Source: Candidatus Pelagibacter sp. HTCC7211
GTDB taxonomy: Bacteria; Pseudomonadota; Alphaproteobacteria; Pelagibacterales; Pelagibacteraceae
Assembly: GCF_000155895.1 (NCBI RefSeq)
Contig: NZ_DS995298.1
Coordinates: 60,001-92,000, forward strand
Reading direction: 5' to 3'
DNA: 32,000 nt
Part shown: positions 25,382 to 32,000 of the stretch, piece after piece
How the letters are laid out: each line of letters starts with the position of its first letter
Position numbering within the stretch: position 1 is the first letter of the stretch
Made by a program: the position numbers and the translations under genes
Notes under the pieces: model-generated
The model's database searches: none
What the model saw: the letters and a program-made list of their open reading frames with translations, nothing else
Told to the model about the DNA's origin: nothing

Positions 25382-25695
25382 ATATTTTTTTCTAGGAATT
25401 CTTTCATGTGACCTTCAGGAACTCCACCAACTTTTCTATCTACTTCAACACCTTTTTTGTAGATTATTACTGTCGGCACACCTCTAATCCCTGCGGCACT
25501 TCCAGTATTAATTCCACCATCTTCAATATCTGCATAATAGAAACCAGCTTTTTCTTTGTACTCATCAGCTAGTTTATCCATCACAGGTTTCAAGGCCTTA
25601 CAAGGTCCGCACCAAGCAGCACTAAACTGGATTACTGAAACGTCTTCATTTTTTATTTTACTATCAAAATCTTCGTCTTTAAAATCTATAAGCAT
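25378..25695 (-). CDS. trxA: Thioredoxin
   Basis: 105 aa with a WCGPCK active site and GIRGVPTVIIYKKG. Confidence 0.95.
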   Translation of the reverse strand: MLIDFKDEDFDSKIKNEDVSVIQFSAAWCGPCKALKPVMDKLADEYKEKAGFYYADIEDGGINTGSAAGIRGVPTVIIYKKGVEVDRKVGGVPEGHMKEFLEKNI

Positions 25696-25761
25696 AACAT
25701 TGATATAATTGATTCAGTTGATTATTCAATGGGCAAAAAATAAAATTTTTAGTTTATTCAA

Positions 25762-27207
25762 TCAAGCGTCAGAATACTTTTGCTCAAGATTCATAACATA
25801 TTCGTTAATCCCATCTAAGAATTTAAGCTTTTCATCTACTGTTTTAAATGAGAACATCTTATCCTCATTCTCTCTAATTTCATCACATTCAGAGTAAAAA
25901 GCAGAAACTGTCCACCATTTCTCCTTGTTTGTGCTTAAAATCCGTGAGGCTATTCTTCTCTTTATTTTTTTATGAATTTCCTTTGGTAGAATTTCCGGTG
26001 CTTCATTGAAGATGAGGCCATGCCCAAAAGTAATTAATCTTTCATCTTCAAATTTATCTAATAATGCAAATTTTTCCTTCCAATTGCTATTATGAAATTT
26101 TGGAAATAATGCTTGATCTTTAGCTGATGTAAAGCCTCCAGAATAAATAGATTCTTCTGGTTCTATATCTTCTTGTGAAGAGGTTTCTATTTTTTCTTCA
26201 GCTGCTTCTCTTAAAATATTTGAAATGTCTTTTGAAAATTTTTCATTTGTTTTTACTAATTCGGCTCTTTTGTTGATTAAACTAGAATCTAATTTTTTAT
26301 AAGGATCTACTTTTAAAGCAAAGCTTTTATCTAATATTATAGGAGCCTTATTTGATTTTACTGTTCTTAAAAACTTGGGTGATTTTTTCATCTCTTTTTT
26401 AAGATCTTCGTAATTAAGTTTTTGAATGGCTTCTATATCAGCTTTTAAATCAACAACTTGCCCCCATTTATAAACTGGATGAGAACAAAAATTAGGGTGT
26501 AAAGGTGCACATAAATATAGATAACTTTTTCCATAAAAATATTCATTTAGGGTAATAATATTTTCTTGTTTAATTAAATTTTCAACCACGACCTTGCTGC
26601 TTGTCTTTAAGTATTCGGTCCATATATCTGGTTGTTTTTTTTTAATTAAATCTAAAACTTTAACCGTAAGTTCAGTATCAAATAATGCAGAATGAGCTCC
26701 AGCTGACTCAAAACCATTTAGTCTTGCAAGAGACTCGAGTTTCATTGATTTATTTCCTTTAGCGTTTAGCTCTGTTTTTAAAATATCATCATCAATAGCA
26801 AATGCAGCTTTAACAATATTAAGAGCATCATGTCTGACATTACCCTCTGTGTTTGTTAAATAAGGTTTTCTCAAAGATTTAAAAAATTCTTTCCTAATAA
26901 CCTCATCATCAAAATTAATACTTGAATATCCCAAAAATGTTGCGGGAGACCACTCTTTAAACTTATTTTCAACTTGGCTGAGCATTTCATAATGACTTAA
27001 ATTACCTTTAGTCAATAAATCTACATTTGATTTGTTTATGCATAAAGCTGTTGCTGATGGCACTCTATCTTGAGGCATTCTGCATCTTGCTGAAAAACGC
27101 TCTAATTCTTTGAAGTTTTCATCTAATAAAATTCCTCCAATTTCAATTATTGTTGCCCAATCTGTTTGAGCAGAGTCTGTTTCAATATCCCATACTACGT
27201 ATTTCAA
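25762..27207 (-). CDS. sbcB: Exodeoxyribonuclease I (DEDDh 3'-5' ssDNA exonuclease)
   Basis: 481 aa. Collinear by eye with E. coli ExoI: WDIETDS (DxE), GYSSINFDDEVIR, RHDALNIVKAAFA, HSALFDTELTVKVLDLIKKKQPDIW, KAPIIL and YSGGFTSAKDQ. Confidence 0.85.
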   Translation of the reverse strand: MKYVVWDIETDSAQTDWATIIEIGGILLDENFKELERFSARCRMPQDRVPSATALCINKSNVDLLTKGNLSHYEMLSQVENKFKEWSPATFLGYSSINFDDEVIRKEFFKSLRKPYLTNTEGNVRHDALNIVKAAFAIDDDILKTELNAKGNKSMKLESLARLNGFESAGAHSALFDTELTVKVLDLIKKKQPDIWTEYLKTSSKVVVENLIKQENIITLNEYFYGKSYLYLCAPLHPNFCSHPVYKWGQVVDLKADIEAIQKLNYEDLKKEMKKSPKFLRTVKSNKAPIILDKSFALKVDPYKKLDSSLINKRAELVKTNEKFSKDISNILREAAEEKIETSSQEDIEPEESIYSGGFTSAKDQALFPKFHNSNWKEKFALLDKFEDERLITFGHGLIFNEAPEILPKEIHKKIKRRIASRILSTNKEKWWTVSAFYSECDEIRENEDKMFSFKTVDEKLKFLDGINEYVMNLEQKYSDA

Positions 27208-27890
27208 TTTGCTCTCCTTTGTGCATAAAATTGTTCAACTTTTTCTAAAAATTTCTTTTGAAAATCTTTTAGTCTTTCTCCATCAATTATAAATCTTTGA
27301 AATATATTATCTTTAGTACAAAGCAAAATTACAGCCTGAGAAATTTTTGAACCATGAACAGTATCATGAGCCAAAGCATAAGCTGCACATTGTAAATAAT
27401 AATCCTCAATCCACTCATCTTTTTTAGGCTTATTGCTTTGTTTAAAATCAATTATCGTTTCACGTTTCTCATAAATACCAACACAGTCAGCAGCACCTGC
27501 ATATTTTCCAGGATAATATAAAGTAGCTTCACACCCCCAAATTTCATCTAATTTATTTCTGAGACCATTTTCAATAATTTGGTCTGCCATCATTCTTTCT
27601 CTTGTGTTGTCTCCCAATAAATCTAAATTTAATTTACCAAGTAAAAACTTTTCAATATAATCATGCATAGAGGTTCCTCTGCTACTAGCTTCTCTTTTAA
27701 TAATTTCAGCTTGTTTATGACCTACTCTGTCCTTCCAAGCTTGTAGAGATGCTTTTTTTTCCTCAGACTCAGTTGCTTTTAAAATTGTTGTAACTGAAGG
27801 CAATCTTTCTTCATTAACAGAATAATGCCTAGAACCATCAACAATTGACCTAGTAGACTTTGGATAGATATATTTATTATTCCACTGCAT
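27204..27890 (-). CDS. RecB-fold PD-(D/E)XK nuclease with no Cys cluster (MGME1-like motif pattern)
   Basis: 228 aa from the ATG at 27890. Motifs in order: LPSVTTIL, GTSMHDYIE, AADCVG (Asp), IIDFKQS (D-x-K) and YYLQCAAYALA (QxxxY). Its stop overlaps the sbcB start (ATGA). The listed longer start at 27959 would overlap rmuC. Confidence 0.7.
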   Translation of the reverse strand: MQWNNKYIYPKSTRSIVDGSRHYSVNEERLPSVTTILKATESEEKKASLQAWKDRVGHKQAEIIKREASSRGTSMHDYIEKFLLGKLNLDLLGDNTRERMMADQIIENGLRNKLDEIWGCEATLYYPGKYAGAADCVGIYEKRETIIDFKQSNKPKKDEWIEDYYLQCAAYALAHDTVHGSKISQAVILLCTKDNIFQRFIIDGERLKDFQKKFLEKVEQFYAQRRAN

Positions 27891-27927
27891 GTGATTTCTT
27901 ATATTCTTTATTGGAGAAAAATAGAAA

Positions 27928-29025
27928 TTAATTATTTGCTTGTTTTGAACGATCAACAAATTTTTCTACATTTTCTGTTTGGACTGCTTTTTCAAGTTGA
28001 TCGGGATCTTTAATACTTTCAAGAGTTCTAGTAATTGATCTAGCATCTGTTCCAAACTTATCAACAACTGCCATTGCCTCCTCTAATTTTTTTCTTAGAG
28101 AAATTATATTATCAAAGTGTTTTCCAAATCTCGTACTGATTGTTTTCAAATGATTATAAATTTCCGTTGCACCTTTTTGAACTTTTAGTGATTGAAAACC
28201 CATGTGCAAAGATTGTAGATAAGCTGAAAGAGTATTTGGGCCACAGATTACAACTTTATGTTTTTTCATTAATTCTTGCGTTAATAACTCTTTAGTGCTT
28301 GGATCTTGGTATTCGGTTAATTCTTTATATAAACTTTCAGTTGGAGCATACACAATTGCAAAATCTGTAGTTTTTGGTGGAACGATATATTTTTCATTAA
28401 CACTTTTAGCTTTAGCTTTAAAGGCGGTAGCCAATTTTGCTCTAGCATCTGCAACAGCCCTTTTATCTTGCGCATCATGGCCATCGGTAATTGCTTTAAA
28501 TTTTTCTACTGGAAAATGACTGTCTACAGGAACCAAAACATCTCCTTGAAGTTTGATTGCAAATTCTACATTTTCACTGCTATCTTCCTTCATCTTTACG
28601 TTAGTCATGAATTGAGAGACAGGTAATAAATCTTTGATTAAAGCATCCAAGCTAAATTCAGCCAGTGTTCCATATTTTTTAACTCCTGCTAAAATTTTGG
28701 TTATCCCCTCTTGGCTTTGATTTAATAATTGAACCTGTTGATTAAAGTTTCCAACTTTTTCATCCACCTTAGTTAACGCTTCTGTCATATCTTTGGTAAC
28801 GCCTGTTGATAGATTGTTAAACGAGGTCGACATCGAGCCTAGTGAGGTATTAATAGTATTGTTAAGAGTATCTTTTAAATTCTGTATTTCAGTCTTTAAG
28901 TTAGCTATCTCTTCAGCTTCCTTATTTTCATTTTCATCTTTAGGCTTAGATTTCAGATTTAGATACAAAATTGATGAGACAATCCCTATCAACAAAGCCA
29001 ATAAAATAATTAAAATTATATCCAT
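27928..29025 (-). CDS. rmuC: DNA recombination protein RmuC
   Basis: 365 aa. N-terminal TM helix (IILIILLALLIGIVSSILYL), a coiled-coil stretch, then the RmuC core (VEFAIKLQGDVLVPVDSHFPVEKF, FAIVYAPTESLY, VVICGPNTLSAYLQSL). Confidence 0.85.
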   Translation of the reverse strand: MDIILIILLALLIGIVSSILYLNLKSKPKDENENKEAEEIANLKTEIQNLKDTLNNTINTSLGSMSTSFNNLSTGVTKDMTEALTKVDEKVGNFNQQVQLLNQSQEGITKILAGVKKYGTLAEFSLDALIKDLLPVSQFMTNVKMKEDSSENVEFAIKLQGDVLVPVDSHFPVEKFKAITDGHDAQDKRAVADARAKLATAFKAKAKSVNEKYIVPPKTTDFAIVYAPTESLYKELTEYQDPSTKELLTQELMKKHKVVICGPNTLSAYLQSLHMGFQSLKVQKGATEIYNHLKTISTRFGKHFDNIISLRKKLEEAMAVVDKFGTDARSITRTLESIKDPDQLEKAVQTENVEKFVDRSKQANN

Positions 29026-29090
29026 GATTCTAATAATTTATTTTATAGTAAAAATGTGATTAATATATTTAATTATTTAAAACTTATCTG

Positions 29091-29222
29091 ATGGAATTAT
29101 TCTTTATATTAAAAATTGTATTTATTATTGGGGCTGTTGTGGCGCTTTATGCAGTTGCTAGAAACCTTGATATTATTAAGATTATTCTAGTTTATTGGAA
29201 AGATCTAATTCTTAGAAAGTAG
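29091..29222 (+). CDS. Candidate 43-aa small membrane protein (absent from the ORF track)
   Basis: ATG at 29091 to TAG at 29220..29222 gives MELFFILKIVFIIGAVVALYAVARNLDIIKIILVYWKDLILRK: one clear TM helix and a basic tail. It fills most of the longest spacer in the window and overlaps the hisG 3' end by 18 nt. No Shine-Dalgarno sequence, as for most genes here. Confidence 0.35.
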   Translation: MELFFILKIVFIIGAVVALYAVARNLDIIKIILVYWKDLILRK

Positions 29223-29897
29223 CTTAACTAATTTTTTAACCTCTGGTTTTTTTACAGATGATTTAGATATCATCATACAAGCCTCTGATTTTAATATTTC
29301 TCCATCTTTTAAAATACGAAGATTGTTAGCTTTTAAGGTCTCGCCTGTTGATGTTATATCGGTGATAATTTCACTTGATCCAGTAAAAGGATAAGCCTCA
29401 GTTGCACCTAAACTACCAACTAACTTAAATTGAGTAACTCCTTTTGAAAACAAAAACTCTCTGGTTAAATTTGGATATTTGGTTGCAACTCTTAATCTTT
29501 TCTTCTTTTTATCTTTAAACTCAAATGCAATTTCCTCTAAATCTGCAACTGTTTGAACATCTATCCATGGATCAGGAATTGCAACAACCAAAGTTGCTTT
29601 TCCAAAATGATATCTTTTAGATACATTGATTTTATTTTGAATGTTAACTTCACTCTCTTTAAGTAAATCAAATCCTGAAAAACCAAGATCTAATGAGCCG
29701 TCTCCAAGTCTTTCAACTATTTCTCTTGCATGAAGGTATAAAACTTTAACATTTTTTAATTGCTTTATTGAACCTAATAAATCTCTTTCTCCTCTTTCTG
29801 AAATTAAATTTAATTTATTTTTTTTAAATATCTTTAAAATATCTTTTCTAAGTCTACCTTTGCTTGGAATACCAATATTAATTATGTTTTTGTTCAT
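29205..29897 (-). CDS. hisG: ATP phosphoribosyltransferase, short (HisZ-dependent) form
   Basis: 230 aa. IGIPSKGRL, DLGFSGFDLL, RVATKYPNLTREF and ITSTGETLKAN. Lacks the long-form C-terminal regulatory domain and lies adjacent to hisZ. Confidence 0.92.
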   Translation of the reverse strand: MNKNIINIGIPSKGRLRKDILKIFKKNKLNLISERGERDLLGSIKQLKNVKVLYLHAREIVERLGDGSLDLGFSGFDLLKESEVNIQNKINVSKRYHFGKATLVVAIPDPWIDVQTVADLEEIAFEFKDKKKKRLRVATKYPNLTREFLFSKGVTQFKLVGSLGATEAYPFTGSSEIITDITSTGETLKANNLRILKDGEILKSEACMMISKSSVKKPEVKKLVKLLSKN

Positions 29898-30949
29898 TAG
29901 TAATTTAAGTTTAAAGCAGCTCCTACTGCAGCTACTTGATTTTTTGAGCCAAGATCAGAAATTAATTTATCATACCTTCCGCCATTAATTATGTTTCTGT
30001 TTTTTAATTTAGATTTAATATCAATTTTAAATACCATGCCAGTATAGTATTCTAACTGTCTTCCAAATGAAGTGGAGAAAATAACATTTAATTTTGAAAT
30101 TTTATTATTTGAGATTGGAAAATATTTTTGATCAACTACTAAATTTATTTTATTCTTTTTAAAAAACTTATTAAGTTCGCTTGCAGCTTTAGTAATTGGG
30201 CATTTAATTTTAAGAAAATCTTTTATAATTTTTGATACATTTTTACCCTTACTGGCTCCTCTCGGATCTCTAATTTTATTATCAAATCTTTTTAAAATTT
30301 CGTTAATTGATCTTCCTGCAACAACTTTAGATAAATCTTCATTTAACATTTTAAAATATCGTTTTTTATCAATTTCAACGATAGTTGGATCTACGTCTGA
30401 ATTAGTTTCTAATCTCTTTAAAAGATCATTAAAATATTTTTCTCTCCAAAAATGTCTTGATAATCTTAACTTCCAACGCTTCGGGATATCTAATTTTGAA
30501 ATTAACAAATTAAAGATTTCAACATTACCAATTGTTAATGTTCCTGATGTATATTTGATATTTTGAAGCGATTTTAAAGAGGTATTGATAATTTCTTTAT
30601 CATCATTTTTTTCATCTTTTGATCCAATAATTTCAAATCCTACTTGGTCTCTAATTATTGAGTCTTTTTTATTTTGTGATTTTCTATAAGCTTGACCACT
30701 ATAAAAAATTTTTTCTTTTCCTTTTAAATTATTTTCTAAATATCTAAGACAAGATGCAATAGTTAAGTCAGGTCTAAGGCAAAGCTCACTTCCATTTTGA
30801 TCAATAAAAGAAAAAATAAATTTTCTAAAATTTTCACCTGATCTTTGAACAATATGATTAGTCTCTATTACAGAGGGTAAATCTATATATTTAAATCCTT
30901 TAGATTTGACCGATCTAAGGATTTTTTCAGATAAGTTTTTTGATTTCAT
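29897..30949 (-). CDS. hisZ: ATP phosphoribosyltransferase regulatory subunit (HisRS paralogue)
   Basis: 350 aa. Class-II aaRS-like core (LCLRPDLTIASCLRY, FYSGQAYR, QVGFEIIG, YYTGMVFK, GGRYD) with no anticodon-binding domain. Lies between hisS and hisG, with a TAATG junction to hisG. Confidence 0.88.
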   Translation of the reverse strand: MKSKNLSEKILRSVKSKGFKYIDLPSVIETNHIVQRSGENFRKFIFSFIDQNGSELCLRPDLTIASCLRYLENNLKGKEKIFYSGQAYRKSQNKKDSIIRDQVGFEIIGSKDEKNDDKEIINTSLKSLQNIKYTSGTLTIGNVEIFNLLISKLDIPKRWKLRLSRHFWREKYFNDLLKRLETNSDVDPTIVEIDKKRYFKMLNEDLSKVVAGRSINEILKRFDNKIRDPRGASKGKNVSKIIKDFLKIKCPITKAASELNKFFKKNKINLVVDQKYFPISNNKISKLNVIFSTSFGRQLEYYTGMVFKIDIKSKLKNRNIINGGRYDKLISDLGSKNQVAAVGAALNLNY

Positions 30950-32000
30950 TAATTAAGTCAGCTTTTGGAATTGTTTGATTATTTTCACCCTTAACTCCTT
31001 TAAGGTTTTTAATAGTGACTGTATTATCATTAAATTCATTTTCTCCACAAATAACAGCAATGGTTAATTGACGTTTATTTGCTAAATCAAGTTGTTTACC
31101 TAAGTTTTTCTTAGTATTTAAAAAAACTTCAGCGTTAATATTATTGTCTCTTAATAGATCTGCTAATTCATAATAATTTTTTAGATACTTTTGATCCATG
31201 ACACAAACTAAAACAGGTTTTTGATCTTCAACTTTAATTTGATCTAATTGCATTAAAGCAAATAACAATCTGTCTACACCAAAGCTTATTCCTGTTCCTG
31301 GAATATCAACCCCTCTAAATCTAGATATCAATTTTGCATAAGCACCTCCTGAACATATGCTGCCAATATCTACTTCTTTTCCTTTATTATTAGTAACTTT
31401 GAAATTTAAATTAGTTTCTACAATAAAGTCAGAATAGTAAGCTAGCCCTCTTACAATTGTAAAATTAGTCTTAACTTGATTTAAATTTGATCCATAACCA
31501 AGTACTTCAAATACATCTTCTAACTCTTTTATTCCTTCTTGAGAAAGTGGGTTTTTTAAAGTTTCTTTTAATTTTTTTAAATCTTTAATTTTTAAAAAAT
31601 TTAATATTTGTTGAGCTTGATCACCTGATAGATCTGCTCCTTTAGTAATTGCACCACTTTGGTCTTTTCTTTCTTTTTTGAGTAAATCTTCAACTCCTTT
31701 TAATCCAAATCCAGGCTTATCTAATTTATCAATTGCTCGAATAACTTTAATTTGTTTTTCTTCAGAAATTTTCAATTCATTAATTAGTCCTTGAACTATT
31801 TTTCTATTGCTAACATTTATTGTGAATTGATCTTTGTTTAATCCACAATCTGACAATGTACTTGATATTAAATTACAAAGTTCAGCATTAGCTTGAGCAG
31901 GATTAACGTTTCCAACAATATCAAAATCAGCTTGCATAAATTCTCTGTAACGGCCGTTTCCAGCTTTTTCATTTCGAAATACATTTTGAATTGCATATCG
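30927..32000 (-). CDS. hisS: Histidyl-tRNA synthetase, C-terminal ~357 codons (5' end lies beyond the window)
   Basis: The frame stays open to nt 32000 (RYAIQNVFRNEKAGNGRYREFMQADFDIVG is class II motif 2). It continues through GGAYAKLISRF..GTGISFGVDRL (motif 3) and an anticodon-binding domain. Confidence 0.93.
   Translation of the reverse strand, partial: RYAIQNVFRNEKAGNGRYREFMQADFDIVGNVNPAQANAELCNLISSTLSDCGLNKDQFTINVSNRKIVQGLINELKISEEKQIKVIRAIDKLDKPGFGLKGVEDLLKKERKDQSGAITKGADLSGDQAQQILNFLKIKDLKKLKETLKNPLSQEGIKELEDVFEVLGYGSNLNQVKTNFTIVRGLAYYSDFIVETNLNFKVTNNKGKEVDIGSICSGGAYAKLISRFRGVDIPGTGISFGVDRLLFALMQLDQIKVEDQKPVLVCVMDQKYLKNYYELADLLRDNNINAEVFLNTKKNLGKQLDLANKRQLTIAVICGENEFNDNTVTIKNLKGVKGENNQTIPKADLINEIKKLI

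Noticed and set aside
25718-25729. FNR/FixK-type box upstream of trxA
   Set aside because: The sequence is TTGA-N4-TCAA, which is 2 bp shorter than the canonical TTGA-N6-TCAA, so it should not be called an FNR/CRP-family site. It is kept only as part of the periodic-repeat observation.
27891-27959. Extended start (27959) for the PD-(D/E)XK nuclease, adding MLIVQNKQIINFYFSPIKNIRNH
   Set aside because: It would overlap the rmuC 3' end by 32 nt and adds a non-conserved-looking peptide. The ATG at 27890 (MQWNNKY...) leaves a 37-nt gap. The choice remains uncertain without homologues.
29158-29190. AT-rich imperfect hairpin (CTAGAA...CTTGAT-att-ATTAAG...TTCTAG) 15 nt downstream of the hisG stop, considered as an intrinsic terminator
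   Set aside because: The stem is almost all A-T with an internal loop, and no U-tract follows on the minus (hisG) strand. Such palindromes are common by chance at this composition. It also lies inside the candidate small ORF.
1-32000. Search for mobile elements, a prophage, a defence island, CRISPR, tRNA/rRNA genes or a replication origin
   Set aside because: No transposase, integrase or phage-like ORFs. No repeat-spacer arrays. No spacer is long enough for a tRNA apart from those occupied by ffs, the riboswitch and the small-ORF region. No cluster of DnaA-box-like words. Every ORF of 100 aa or more on the coding strand has a housekeeping assignment.

Overview
Strongly AT-rich (about 30% GC by eye), almost gap-free bacterial chromosome. 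Gene content and order match a streamlined marine alphaproteobacterium of the SAR11/Pelagibacterales type. The evidence is the ffs-dnaX-ybaB-recR, argD-argF, gcrA, aroA-cmk-rpsA-ihfB, trpFBA-accD-folC and hisS-hisZ-hisG neighbourhoods, plus a tandem glycine riboswitch in front of malate synthase. I support 35 protein-coding genes (secA and hisS are cut by the window edges), one extra small-ORF candidate, one SRP RNA, one riboswitch and two sigma70-like promoters. I see no rRNA, tRNA, CRISPR array, transposase, integrase or prophage remnant. This is core housekeeping DNA, not an accessory island, so I do not claim a clear new system. The best candidate for undescribed biology is a tightly coupled operon at 25762..29025: rmuC, an unannotated RecB-fold nuclease that looks MGME1-like, and exonuclease I. 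Other points worth a second look: an A12 slippery run in dnaX with an immediate -1-frame stop; a cytidylate kinase lacking the Walker-A lysine; a TrpB that departs from invariant active-site motifs; a tail-anchored AccA; a 43-codon membrane ORF in the longest spacer; short periodic repeats in two promoter regions; and extreme compaction, with every convergent gene pair overlapping or 6 nt apart. All family assignments come from reading motifs by eye. No searches were run.
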